DNA from: Anaeromyxobacteraceae bacterium
GTDB lineage: Bacteria > Myxococcota > Myxococcia > Myxococcales > Anaeromyxobacteraceae
Assembly: GCA_047602405.1 (NCBI GenBank)
Contig: JASGHJ010000002.1
Span: forward strand, 32,001 to 96,000
DNA length: 64,000 nucleotides
Reading direction: 5' to 3'
The position numbers and the translations under genes are program-made. Below, in pieces: positions 19,022 to 28,589 of the stretch (the first letter of the stretch is position 1; every line of letters begins with the position of its first letter). Under the pieces are notes generated by a model. It did not search any database and was not told the origin of the DNA. It saw only the letters and a program-made list of their open reading frames with translations.

Positions 19022-20026
19022 ATGTCGAAGCCCCTCACCCTCGCGATCGCCGGCGCCACCGGCGAGGTCGGCAAGGCCGCGCTCGAGGCGCTCGACGCCC
19101 TCGAGCTTCCGCTCGCCGGGGTGCGCCTCCTCGCGTCGCCCCGCTCGGCCGGCCAGGAGCTCGAGGTCGGCGGCGAGCCCGTGAAGGTGGTCGCCCTCTC
19201 GGAGGGCGCGCTGCGCGGCTGCGACGTCGTCGTCCTGTGCACGCCCGCGGAGGTCTCGAGGGCCTGGGCCCCGAAGGCCCGCGCCGCCGGCTGCGCGGTC
19301 GTCGACGTCTCCCCGGCCTACCGCGCCGACGCGGCGGTGCCGCTCGTGGTCCCGGCCGTGAACGGCGCGTCGCTCGCGTCGCTCGCCCGGCCCGCGATGG
19401 TCGCGACCCCGTCGCCGCTCGCGACCGCGCTCGCCCTCGTGCTCGCGCCGCTCGGCAGCGCGGTCCGCGCCGTGGTCGCGACGCACCTCGCGCCAGCGTC
19501 CGGCGAGGGCCGGGCCGGGGTCGCCGAGCTCGAGAAGCAGTCCCGCGACCTCCTCGCGTTGCGCGAGCCGGAGCCCGCCTCCCGCTTCCCGCACCGCCTC
19601 GCCTTCAACGCCGTCCCGCAGGCGGGTGCGCTCGACGCCTCCGGCGCGAGCGAGGCCGAGCGCGGCGCGGAGGCGGAGCTGCGGCGCGTGCTGGGCGCGC
19701 CGGGCCTGCCGGTGCACGCGACGGTCGTGCGCGTGCCGGTCTTCTACGGCGACCTCGTGAGCGTGCACCTCGAGACCGACGGCTCGCTCGACGCGGCCGC
19801 GGTGCGCGAGAGGCTCCGCGCGGCGAAGGGCGTGAAGGTCGTCGACGACCCCGCGACGTCGGTCTACCCGATGCCGATGCTCGCCTCGCAGGAGGACGCG
19901 GTGCTCGTGGGCCGCGTGCGCGCCTCGGGCCCCGGGTCGATCGACCTCGTCGCGGTGCTCGAGGGCCCGCGCCGCGGCGCCGCGACGACCGCGCTCGAGC
20001 TCGCGCGCCGACTCGCGGCGGACTGA
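19022..20026 (+). CDS. Aspartate-semialdehyde dehydrogenase paralogue (Usg-like), catalytic Cys absent
   Basis: AIAGATGEVG, VVDVSPAYR..VPLVVPAVN, AFNAVPQ, VRVPVFYG, YPMP, VLVGRVR; the usual ANPNC is replaced by ATPSP. Confidence 0.8.
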   Translation: MSKPLTLAIAGATGEVGKAALEALDALELPLAGVRLLASPRSAGQELEVGGEPVKVVALSEGALRGCDVVVLCTPAEVSRAWAPKARAAGCAVVDVSPAYRADAAVPLVVPAVNGASLASLARPAMVATPSPLATALALVLAPLGSAVRAVVATHLAPASGEGRAGVAELEKQSRDLLALREPEPASRFPHRLAFNAVPQAGALDASGASEAERGAEAELRRVLGAPGLPVHATVVRVPVFYGDLVSVHLETDGSLDAAAVRERLRAAKGVKVVDDPATSVYPMPMLASQEDAVLVGRVRASGPGSIDLVAVLEGPRRGAATTALELARRLAAD

Positions 20027-20206
20027 CCGCCGGCGGCCGTGGGACACCCGCCGTCCGGCTGCCAAAGTGGCAACCGGGCGGGCTCCCCGTGCCAATCTGG
20101 CAGGGCGCCCGCTCCGCGCGGTCGGTCCAAGCGCCCGGGATGCCTGGGCCGGGCCGGGGCAGGGAACCTTGCCGCGCTGGCGTTCCGATTGCACAATCGC
20201 GCCGCC

Positions 20207-21160
20207 ATGAGACTCACCTTCCTGCTCGCCGCCGCCGCCCTGGCCCTGCCCGCCGCGACCCTCGCGGACGTGCCCTCCCAGGCTGGCCAGCTGGTCCCCG
20301 GGACCAGCGAGGACCAGTACTTCAACGCGGACGAGTGCAAGGGGACCGGCGACGTGAAGGTCTCCTGGTCGCTCGCGGGGGCGGTCCTGCAGTCCGGAGT
20401 CGTTCGCGTGTACGCCTCCAACACGCAGCCGGTGCAGGCGACGGGCGCCGCCTTCGCGACGTGCGAGATCCAGGACAAGGCCGCCACGAGCCCCATCTAC
20501 GCCGGGCAGATCGACCCCCCGGGCGATCTCATCGCGGACGCGACGTTCGTGAACCGCCAGGACCAGACGCTCAACATCGGCAAGATCATGGCGGCCGCCA
20601 CCACGGGCGACGCGGCGACCTACTGTGCGGCCTCGACCACCACCGTCTACGTCTGCGCGCACTTCTACCCCTACCTCACCGGCACCACGACCCCGGCGAG
20701 CTCGCCGTCCGCCGCGGCCTGGGGCTCGTTCATCCTCAACACCGCGAAGCCCTCGGCGCCGAAGGACCTGACGCTCAAGGTCGGCGACACCCGGCTCTAC
20801 GCGAGCTGGAACGCCGGGTCCGGCGGGGCCGCCGTGAACGACTACCAGGTGATCGCGACGAAGGCCGGCGACACGTCCCCCACGCGCACGAAGACCTGCG
20901 CCGTCACGAACTGCAAGGTGGACGGCCTCACGAACGACGTCGAGTACGCGATCGTCGTGAAGGCGCGGTCCGTCTCGGGGACGCTCTCGGACGCGTCGAG
21001 CTCCCAGAGCGCGATCCCGCGCCACGTGAAGGACTTCTGGGAGGTCTACGACGAGCAGGGCGGGCCGGAGACCGGAGGTTGCGGCGGCCCCGCGGGCCCG
21101 CTCGCGCTCGCGGGCGTCGCCGCCCTGCTCGTGGTCGGCCGCCCGGGGAGGCGGTCGTGA
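20207..21160 (+). CDS. Secreted fibronectin type III protein with myxobacterial C-terminal sorting signal (MXAN_2561-like)
   Basis: Signal peptide, FN3-like GD..LYASW..GLTNDVEYAIVVKA, C-terminus DFWEVY..GGPETGGC followed by hydrophobic helix and basic tail. Confidence 0.7.
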   Translation: MRLTFLLAAAALALPAATLADVPSQAGQLVPGTSEDQYFNADECKGTGDVKVSWSLAGAVLQSGVVRVYASNTQPVQATGAAFATCEIQDKAATSPIYAGQIDPPGDLIADATFVNRQDQTLNIGKIMAAATTGDAATYCAASTTTVYVCAHFYPYLTGTTTPASSPSAAAWGSFILNTAKPSAPKDLTLKVGDTRLYASWNAGSGGAAVNDYQVIATKAGDTSPTRTKTCAVTNCKVDGLTNDVEYAIVVKARSVSGTLSDASSSQSAIPRHVKDFWEVYDEQGGPETGGCGGPAGPLALAGVAALLVVGRPGRRS

Positions 21161-21855
21161 AGCGCGCCCTCCTCGCCGCGCTCGCGGTCCTGGCCCTCGC
21201 CCCCACCCTGGCCCGCGCGGACTCCCCGCGCTGGGGCTCGTTCGAGTTCGGGATGGGGCCCTACCGGCCGGACCTCGACGCCGCGCTGGCGCCGTCGAGC
21301 AACGACCCCGCCTACCAGCTCGTGTTCGGCTCGACGCGCCGGTACGCGTTCCGCACCGGCGTGTCCTACGCGCTCCTGCAGCGCGCCGGCACGCTCGAGG
21401 TCGGGCTGCGCAGCGGCTGGTTCCGCGCCAGCGCGAAGGGCATCGTGGCCACCACGGGCGCGCGGTCGGGAGACCCGACGACGTTCAACGTCGTCCCGAC
21501 CTCGCTCACGCTCACCTGGCGCGCCGACTTCATCCCGGAGCACCTGCCCATCCCGCTCGCGCCCTACGTGCGCGTCGCGGCCGAGCGCTACAACTGGTGG
21601 ATCACGAACGGCGCGGGGAACATGGCGAAGAAGGGCGCCACCAACGGCTGGTCGGCGACCGCCGGCCTCGCGTTCTCGCTCAACGTCATCGACCCCACGC
21701 TCGCGCGCGAGATGGACACCGACTCGGGCGTGAACACGACCTACCTGTACTTCGACGTGACGAAGGCGAAGATCGACGACCTCGGCTCGAAGACGAGCTG
21801 GGATCTCTCGCCCGCCTCGCTCATGTGGTCGGCGGGCGTGCTGCTTTCGTTCTAG
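21157..21855 (+). CDS. Outer-membrane beta-barrel protein (MXAN_2562-like)
   Basis: GTG overlapping the previous stop; signal peptide, SPRWGSFEFGMGPYRPDLD, alternating beta pattern, terminal aromatic residue (GVLLSF). Confidence 0.7.
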   Translation: MKRALLAALAVLALAPTLARADSPRWGSFEFGMGPYRPDLDAALAPSSNDPAYQLVFGSTRRYAFRTGVSYALLQRAGTLEVGLRSGWFRASAKGIVATTGARSGDPTTFNVVPTSLTLTWRADFIPEHLPIPLAPYVRVAAERYNWWITNGAGNMAKKGATNGWSATAGLAFSLNVIDPTLAREMDTDSGVNTTYLYFDVTKAKIDDLGSKTSWDLSPASLMWSAGVLLSF

Positions 21856-22718
21856 TCCGGCGGCTCGTCCAGGGCGGGCGCGGGGGACGCCTCCGTCCCG
21901 CCGCCGCCCAGCCGGCGGTGGCCGAGCGACGGCAGCTCGAGCCGCGAGCGCTCGAGCCGCGCCCGGCGGAACGGCGCGACCGCGACGCCCTCGCCGTCCG
22001 GGCAGCGCGCGAGCACCGTGCCCCACGGGTCCACGATCATCGCGTTCCCGAAGGTGAAGCGGTTGCCGTGGTGCTGGCCCACCTGGGCGGGGGCGAGCAC
22101 GTACGCGAGGTTCTCGATCGCCCGGGCGCGGAGCAGGACCTCCCAGTGATCCTTGCCGGTGTAGAGCGTGAAGGCGGCGGGCACGGTGAGCACGTCGGCG
22201 CCCAGCGACGACAGCTCGCGGTACAGCTCCGGGAAGCGCACGTCGTAGCAGACCGACAGCCCGATCGCGCCGAGCTCGGTGCGGGCCACCACCACCTCGT
22301 CGCCGGGCACCACCGTGGAGGACTCCGCGTACTTCGCGCCGTCCGGCACGTTCACGTCGAAGAGGTGGATCTTGCGGTAGCTCGCGACGATTGACCCGTC
22401 GTCGCCGATGAGGGCGCTCGTGTTGGCGGTCTTGCCCGCGACGTCGGTCGCCTCGGCGATCGAGCCCGCCACGACGAACACGCCGCGCCGCCGCGCCACC
22501 TCGCGCAGCGCCGAGAGGGTGGGCCCCTCGAGCGTCTCGGCGTTCTCGATGCGGTCGTGCTCCGGCCCCATGAACGAGAAGTTCTCGGGGAGCCCCACGA
22601 GCTTCGCGCCGAGGTCCGCAGCCTCCTCGACGTAGCCGATGGCCGCGTCGAGGTTGCGCTCGCGGTCCGCGGTGGAGTTCATCTGGACCACGCCCATCAG
22701 GTAGGTGTCGATGGCCAT
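21852..22718 (-). CDS. Carbon-nitrogen hydrolase (Nit1/deaminated-glutathione amidase-like)
   Basis: LPENF, YRKIHLFDV, CYDVRFPELYR, PAAFT..TG..HWEVLLRARAIEN (Glu-Lys-Cys triad). Confidence 0.92.
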   Translation of the reverse strand: MAIDTYLMGVVQMNSTADRERNLDAAIGYVEEAADLGAKLVGLPENFSFMGPEHDRIENAETLEGPTLSALREVARRRGVFVVAGSIAEATDVAGKTANTSALIGDDGSIVASYRKIHLFDVNVPDGAKYAESSTVVPGDEVVVARTELGAIGLSVCYDVRFPELYRELSSLGADVLTVPAAFTLYTGKDHWEVLLRARAIENLAYVLAPAQVGQHHGNRFTFGNAMIVDPWGTVLARCPDGEGVAVAPFRRARLERSRLELPSLGHRRLGGGGTEASPAPALDEPPD

Positions 22719-22794
22719 GTGAGACCCCGTGTGTCCTCTCGCCGGTGAAGGATTCCCGATCGACGGCGCGTCGTCTACACTCCCGGACGTCCAG

Positions 22795-23392
22795 ATGAGC
22801 CTCTACTACACGACCTTCGAGGCGGCCCAGGTCCTCGGCGTTTCCCTGCCCACCGTCGTCAACTGGATCAAGGCGCGCCGGATCAAGGCGCACCGCACCC
22901 CGGGCGGGCACCGTCGCATCGCGCGGGAGGACCTCGCCGGGTTCATGCTGCGGCAGGGCATCCCGCTGCCCGCCGAACTGTCGGACGCCGTCCCCGCCCG
23001 CCGCAAGGTCCTCGTCATCGCCGAGGGCGGGCCGGCCCGGGAGGGGACCACCCGCCAGCTCGCCCAGGCCGGCTTCGCGGTCGAGCAGGTGTCGCCCGGC
23101 TTCGCCGCCGGGGCCGCCGCGGCGCGCTTCGGCCCGGAGGCCATCGTCCTGCACGCCGGGTCACAGGACGGCGGGGACACGCTCCGCGGGTTGAAGAGTC
23201 GACCGCGAGCTCGCGGCCGTACCCGTGGTCGCGCTGGGGCCCGAGGCGTGGGCGGACGGCCTGCGCGCGGCCGGTGCCCGCCACCTCCCGGTGCCGCCCG
23301 CGCCGGGCGCCCTCGCAGAGGCGATTGACGCCGCGCTCGGAGCCCGCAAGACCGACGCGAAGAAGCCGCGCGGCCGGCGCTCCGGCGCCTGA
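22795..23392 (+). CDS. Excisionase-type HTH DNA-binding protein with degenerate receiver domain; apparent +1 frameshift at ~23198
   Basis: YTTFEAAQVLGVSLPTVVNWI..AHRTPGGHRRI; removing one base in GAGTC (23196-23200) gives LKIDRELAAVPVVAL..HLPVP ending at TGA 23392. Confidence 0.75.
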
Positions 23393-23401
23393 GCGACGTC
23401 G

Positions 23402-25261
23402 ATGCACGCCGCCCTGCTCCTCGCCGCGGCGCTCGCCTCGGCCCCGGCGGCCGCGGCCCCGCGGGCGATCGCCCACTACCTCGAGGCCCGCCGCCTGCTG
23501 CGCGGGGGCGATCCCGAGCGCGCCGCCGCCGAGCTGCGCCAGGCCATCGCGTTCGACGAGCGGAGCCCGGAGCTGCGGGTGACCCTCGCGCGGACGCAGC
23601 TCGAGCTCGGGCGGCTCGACGGCGCCGCCGAGGCCGCGCGCGCCGCGCTCGAGCTGGGGGCGGCCGGCGCGACCGCGGTGGAGGCGCAGGTGCTCGTCGC
23701 GCGCGTGCACCTCGCCCGCCGGGAGGCCGACGGCGCCATCGACGCCCTCGGCCGCGCCATCGCGCTCGCCGGCGCCGCGCCCGAGCCGCCCGCGGAGCCC
23801 TGGCGGCTCCTCGCCGACGTGCACGCCGGCGCCGGGCGGACCGAGGCCGCGGAGCGCGTGCTCGAGGATCTCGCCCGGGCGCAGCCCGCCGACGCGGCCG
23901 CCGGCTACCGCGATCTCGGGCGCCGCGGCCTCGACGACGACGACCCCTCCGCCGCCGAGCGCCACCTGCGCCGCGCGACCGTCCTCGACCCGGGCGACGT
24001 CGAGGCCTTCCGCCTGCTCGGCGCCGCCCGCGAGGCGCTCCGCCGCCCGCGCGAGGCGCGCGAGGCGCACCTGGCGGCGTTGCGGCTCGATCCCGACGAC
24101 CCGGGCACGCTCATGTCGCTCGGCCGCCTCTCGCTCGCGGAGGGGGAGCCGGAGGCCGCACGCGAGTGGTTCCGGCGGCTCGTCCGGATCGCGCCCGACC
24201 AGGCCGACGCGCACGTCCGCGTGGCCTTCGCCTGGCTGGGCGACGAGCGGGCTGCCGAGGCCCTCCACGCGGCCCGGGGCGGGCTCGCGGAGGCCGGGCC
24301 CGACCCGCGCCTGCGCCTCGCCGAGGGGCTCGCGCTGCGGGCGCTCCGGCGCTTCCTCGAGGCCGCGAAGGCCCTCGAGCCGGTGCCCCCGGCGGCGGGC
24401 GAGATTCGGCTGCCCGCGCGCGTCGCGTACGGGGAGTGCCTCTCCCGGGCGGGGCGGCACGCCGAGGCGGAGCGGGCGTTCGTGGAGGCGCTCGCGCTCC
24501 GGCCCGGCGAGCTCCGGCTCGTGACCGCCCGCGCGCGGGCGCTCGTGCGCGCGGGGCGCGCCGCCGAGGCCGTGCCGGCGCTCCGGGCGTCGCTCGACGC
24601 CGCCGACCACCCGGAGCCGGTGGGCCTCCTCGAGGCGTACGCCGACGCGCTCGTGGAGGCGGACCGCGCGCCCGAGGCGCTGGGGCTCCTCCGCCGGGCG
24701 CTCGAGGACCGGCCGCGCGACGTCGAGCTCGCGTACGCCCTCGGCGCCGCGCTCGAGCGCGCGGGCCAGCCGGAGGCGGCGCTCGCGCAGATGCGCGCGC
24801 TGCTCGTGCTCGACCCGGGCCACGCCGAGGCCCTGAACTTCTCCGCCTACGTGCTCTCGAACCTCTCGACCGGCGCGCCCGACGCGCGGCGGGCCCGGCT
24901 CGAGGAGGCGGAGGTCCAGGCGCGCCGCGCGCTCGCGCTCGCGCCCCGCGCCGGCCACGTGCACGACACGCTGGGCTGGGTGCTGCACCGGCGCGGCGAC
25001 GACGCGGGCGCGGAGCGCGCGCTCTCGACGGCGCTCGAGCTCGCGGGCCCGGACCCGACCGTGCTCGAGCACCTCGCCGACGTGCAGCGCGCGCTCGGGC
25101 GCACCGCGGACGCGATCGCCTCGCTGCGCCGGGCCCTCGGCGAGCACGGCGACGACGCCCCCCGCGAGGAGGCGCGGCGAAAGGCCTCCGTGGAGCGCAA
25201 GCTCCGCGAGCTCGGCGCCCGGTCCGCCCGCGGCCGTGTCCGGCCGGACGACGTTCCTTGA
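23402..25261 (+). CDS. Exported tetratricopeptide-repeat protein
   Basis: Signal peptide; many Ala/Leu-rich TPR units; ALNFSAY..DTLGWV..EHLADV C-terminal pattern. Confidence 0.85.
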   Translation: MHAALLLAAALASAPAAAAPRAIAHYLEARRLLRGGDPERAAAELRQAIAFDERSPELRVTLARTQLELGRLDGAAEAARAALELGAAGATAVEAQVLVARVHLARREADGAIDALGRAIALAGAAPEPPAEPWRLLADVHAGAGRTEAAERVLEDLARAQPADAAAGYRDLGRRGLDDDDPSAAERHLRRATVLDPGDVEAFRLLGAAREALRRPREAREAHLAALRLDPDDPGTLMSLGRLSLAEGEPEAAREWFRRLVRIAPDQADAHVRVAFAWLGDERAAEALHAARGGLAEAGPDPRLRLAEGLALRALRRFLEAAKALEPVPPAAGEIRLPARVAYGECLSRAGRHAEAERAFVEALALRPGELRLVTARARALVRAGRAAEAVPALRASLDAADHPEPVGLLEAYADALVEADRAPEALGLLRRALEDRPRDVELAYALGAALERAGQPEAALAQMRALLVLDPGHAEALNFSAYVLSNLSTGAPDARRARLEEAEVQARRALALAPRAGHVHDTLGWVLHRRGDDAGAERALSTALELAGPDPTVLEHLADVQRALGRTADAIASLRRALGEHGDDAPREEARRKASVERKLRELGARSARGRVRPDDVP

Positions 25262-25294
25262 CACGCAGCGCGAGCGGTCGTTAGCGTCCGCGCC

Positions 25295-26161
25295 ATGCCG
25301 GTCCCCCCGTTCCCGACCGAGTCGGAAGCCCGCCACGAGGAAGGGTTCATCAACTCCGCCGATCACCTGCGCCTGTACTGGCAGCGCTACACGCCGCCGG
25401 CCCCGCGCGCGACGGTGCTCGTCCTGCACGGGGGAGGCGACCACTCCGGCCGCTACCCGGGCATCACGACCGCGCTCGTCCGCGCCGGCTTCGAGGCCGC
25501 GCTCGTCGACTTCCGCGGTCACGGCCAGTCCGACGGCCGCCGCTGGCACGTGGACGGGTTCGGCGACTACCTCGCCGACCTCGACGCGTTCGTGGCGAAG
25601 GTCCGGGGCGACGGCGCGAAGGGGAAGCTCTTCGCGGTGGCGCACAGCCAGGGTGCGCTCGTGACGGCGCTGTGGGCGCTCGGCCACCCCGGCGCGCTCG
25701 ACGGGTACGTCCTCTCCTCACCCTACTTCCGGCTGGCCCTGAAGCCGCCGGTGGCGAAGGTGATCGGGGCCAAGATCGCGGGCCGCGTCGTGCCCTGGAT
25801 GCCGGTCAAGACCGGCCTCGACGTGAAGGACCTCACGGCCGACGAGGACCTGCAGCGCTGGACCGACCGGGATCCGCTCTACGGGCGCGCCACGACGCCG
25901 CGGTGGTTCGACGAGTCCAACCGGGCCCAGGTCGAGGTGCTGCGGCGCGCGGGGGAGTTCCAGGCGCCGCTGCTCGTGCTGGCGGCCGGGGCCGACCGGA
26001 TCGCGGACGCCTCCGCGGCGAGGACCTTCGTCGACGCGGCCCGGTCGCTGGACAAGCGCTTCGAGGTCTACGACGGGTTCCGTCACGAGATCTTCAACGA
26101 GCGGGAACGGGACCGGCCGATCGCCGAGGCGGTCGCCTGGCTCGCAGCCCACGTACCGTGA
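25295..26161 (+). CDS. Lysophospholipase-like alpha/beta hydrolase (AgmH-like position)
   Basis: LHGGGDHSGRY, DFRGHGQSDG, AHSQG nucleophile elbow, HEIFNE. Confidence 0.88.
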   Translation: MPVPPFPTESEARHEEGFINSADHLRLYWQRYTPPAPRATVLVLHGGGDHSGRYPGITTALVRAGFEAALVDFRGHGQSDGRRWHVDGFGDYLADLDAFVAKVRGDGAKGKLFAVAHSQGALVTALWALGHPGALDGYVLSSPYFRLALKPPVAKVIGAKIAGRVVPWMPVKTGLDVKDLTADEDLQRWTDRDPLYGRATTPRWFDESNRAQVEVLRRAGEFQAPLLVLAAGADRIADASAARTFVDAARSLDKRFEVYDGFRHEIFNERERDRPIAEAVAWLAAHVP

Positions 26162-26278
26162 ACCGGACTGACCGCAAGGTTGACGCCTACCTGACGGGCC
26201 TTCTATCCTGCGGACCGTCTCTTCACCCCGCCGACGTACCACTGCGCTCGAGGGCGTGAAGCTCCCCTGGAGGAAGTA

Positions 26279-26647
26279 ATGGCTGGCATCGAGAAGGTTC
26301 CCACGCCGCGCAGCGGCGCCCAGACGGTCATCGGCTCGACGATCGTGATCGACGGGGAGATCTCGGGCGACGAGGACCTGGTCATCCAGGGCACCGTCAA
26401 GGGCCGCATCGGCCTGCGCGAGGGGCTCTACGTCGAGTCCTCGGGCGTCATCGAGGCCGACATCGAGACGGCCACCGTCGAGGTCAACGGGCAGGTGACG
26501 GGGAACATCGCCGCGAGCGACAAGGTCGAGCTGAAGGCGGACTGCAAGGTCGTCGGCGACATCCGCGCGCCGCGCATCCTCATCGCCGACGGCGCGCAGT
26601 TCAAGGGCAACGTCGACATGGACGTCAAGGAAGGCAAGGGGAAGTAA
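26279..26647 (+). CDS. Bactofilin (BacN/BacO-like)
   Basis: TVIG..IDGEISGDEDLVIQGTVKG..GDIRAPRILIADGAQFKGNVDM bactofilin beta-helix. Confidence 0.93.
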   Translation: MAGIEKVPTPRSGAQTVIGSTIVIDGEISGDEDLVIQGTVKGRIGLREGLYVESSGVIEADIETATVEVNGQVTGNIAASDKVELKADCKVVGDIRAPRILIADGAQFKGNVDMDVKEGKGK

Positions 26648-26650
26648 ACC

Positions 26651-27181
26651 GTGGCCACGATCGACGGCAGCACCATCATCGGCGAGTCCATCCTCATCAG
26701 CGGCTCCCTCAACGGCGACGAGGACCTCACGGTCCGCGGCCGGGTCGAGGGCACGCTGTCCCTCACGAAGACCCTGGTCGTCGAGCCGACCGGCATCGTC
26801 AAGGCGGAGGTGCAGGTCAAGAACTGCATCATCGCCGGCGCGGTGGTCGGCAACGTCACGGCGACGGAGTCGGTCGAGATCACGAAGGACGGGCGGATGG
26901 TCGGCGACATCGCCGCGCCACGCGTGATCATCGTCGACGGCGCGAGCTTCCGCGGCCGCATCGACATGGGCGAGGTCGACGTCGAGGGCGAGCGGCCCGC
27001 GCCGCGCGCCATCTCCCGTCCGTCCGCCCCGGCCCGCCCGGCCATCCGCCCGGCCGCGAAGCCGGCGCCCGTGCCGGAGAAGCGGGCCGAGGAGAAGGTC
27101 GCCGCGCCCAAGCTGACGGCGCCCCCCGCCCCGGTCGCGATGGGGGCGGTGAAGCGCAAGGTCATCGTCAAGCGCAAGTAG
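26651..27181 (+). CDS. bacP: Bactofilin with Pro/Lys-rich C-terminal tail (BacP-like)
   Basis: Bactofilin core GDEDLTVRGRVEG..DGASFRGRIDM then disordered tail ending KRKVIVKRK; directly upstream of padC-like gene. Confidence 0.8.
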   Translation: MATIDGSTIIGESILISGSLNGDEDLTVRGRVEGTLSLTKTLVVEPTGIVKAEVQVKNCIIAGAVVGNVTATESVEITKDGRMVGDIAAPRVIIVDGASFRGRIDMGEVDVEGERPAPRAISRPSAPARPAIRPAAKPAPVPEKRAEEKVAAPKLTAPPAPVAMGAVKRKVIVKRK

Positions 27182-27219
27182 TCCCGCCGCCCCGTCCCCG
27201 GGGCGTGTAGGATTGCCTG

Positions 27220-28014
27220 GTGGAGCTCGAGCCACGCACCGCGGCGCCCGCCCATGCGACGGGCGCCGTGCTGTTCGTGCCGCTTTCGTCGGTCTCCGAC
27301 GACGGCACGCTCCGCCTGCGCGACGAGGGCGACGTCGCCCCGCTCGCGGCCTCCATCGCCCGGCTCGGCCAGCTCGTGCCGGTCGAGCTGCGGCCGCTGC
27401 CCCAGGGCGACGGCGGGCCGGTCCGCTACCAGATCGTCTCGGGCTTCCGGCGCGTCGCGGCGCTCAAGGTCCTCATGCGCGACCGGGTGCTGGCCCGCAT
27501 CCACGCGCGGCTCGACGACGAGGACGCCTGGGCCATCGCGCTCGCGCACGCGCTCGTGGGCGAGCCGCTCCTCGCGAGCGAGCTCGAGGCCCTGAAGGAC
27601 CGGGTCGCCGCGCTGCCCGCCGCCGTGTGGGCCGCCGAGGCGATCGACGAGGCCGTGCTGCGCGCGCCGGTGGAGCCCGCGCAGCGGGAGCGGTTCCTGG
27701 CGTGGCTCGCCTCCCTCGTCTCCGCTGCCCCGCGGGGCGGGGCAGCTACGCTCGGGATGGGCGGATCCAGGGCCCCGGACGAGGACGAGACGGGCGAGGC
27801 GGCCGAGGTGCAGGCTGGGTCCGAGGGCGAGTCGGTCGAGATGACGCCCGAGGAGCTCGCCGAGGACCTCTCGACGCGCATGTGGGAGCTCAACCAGGAC
27901 CTCGCGCTCGCGGCCGAGCACTGGGGCGACATGTCCCGCGAGGCCCGCCGGCTCGTGCTCGAGCAGGCGCGCTGGGTGGCGGGGCTCGTGAAGCACCTGG
28001 AGGGTGGTCGATGA
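27220..28014 (+). CDS. padC: ParB/Srx-domain protein PadC (BadA)-like
   Basis: LAASIARLGQLVPV..YQIVSGFRRVAAL (GxxRxxA CTP-binding motif); downstream of bactofilins as in Myxococcus. Confidence 0.75.
   Translation: MELEPRTAAPAHATGAVLFVPLSSVSDDGTLRLRDEGDVAPLAASIARLGQLVPVELRPLPQGDGGPVRYQIVSGFRRVAALKVLMRDRVLARIHARLDDEDAWAIALAHALVGEPLLASELEALKDRVAALPAAVWAAEAIDEAVLRAPVEPAQRERFLAWLASLVSAAPRGGAATLGMGGSRAPDEDETGEAAEVQAGSEGESVEMTPEELAEDLSTRMWELNQDLALAAEHWGDMSREARRLVLEQARWVAGLVKHLEGGR
27712..27764 (-). repeat. REP-like copy 7 (reverse), inside the padC reading frame
   Basis: TCCCTCGTCTCC-GCTGCCCCGC ggg GCGGGGCAGC-TACGCTCGGGATGGGCGG matches copies 4 and 6. Confidence 0.8.
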
Positions 28015-28589
28015 CGGTGGAAGCGGATCGCGCGCGGCTCCTCGCGCTGCTCAGGACCCTCTCGTACGAGCGTCGCAAGGTCGTCCTCGCCTCGGGCAAG
28101 GAGAGCGACTTCTACATCGACTGCAAGCGCACCGCGCTCACCGCCGAGGGGCACGCGCTCGTCGGCCGGGTGCTGTGGGACCGCGTGAAGCGGCTCTCGC
28201 CCGCCGTGCGCGGCGTGGGCGGGCTGACCCTCGGCGCGGATCCCATCGCGAGCGCGGTCGCCATGGCGAGCTTCCTCGAGCAGGAGGCCCGCGGCGCGGG
28301 CGAGACGGTCGATGCGTTCATCGTGCGCAAGGAGCCGAAGGGCCACGGCACGGGGCAGTGGATCGAGGGCAGGAAGACCATCCCGGACGGCTCGCGCGTC
28401 GTCGTCATCGAGGACGTGGTCACGACCGGCGGCTCGGCGCTGAAGGCCATCGAGCGCTGCCGCGCGGAGGGCATCGTCCCGGTGCACTGCCTCGCGCTCG
28501 TCGACCGCCGCGAGGGCGGCCGCGAGGCGATCGAGGCGTCGGGCGTGACGCTGGACGCGGTGTTCGCCCGCGAGGACTTCGTCTCATGA
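28011..28589 (+). CDS. pyrE: Orotate phosphoribosyltransferase
   Basis: LASGKESDFYIDC, VRKEPKGHG, VVIEDVVTTGGS PRPP-binding motif. Confidence 0.95.
   Translation: MTVEADRARLLALLRTLSYERRKVVLASGKESDFYIDCKRTALTAEGHALVGRVLWDRVKRLSPAVRGVGGLTLGADPIASAVAMASFLEQEARGAGETVDAFIVRKEPKGHGTGQWIEGRKTIPDGSRVVVIEDVVTTGGSALKAIERCRAEGIVPVHCLALVDRREGGREAIEASGVTLDAVFAREDFVS

Noticed and set aside
22795..23392. Prophage excisionase
   Set aside because: HTH is fused to a receiver-like domain within core genes; no integrase or phage genes
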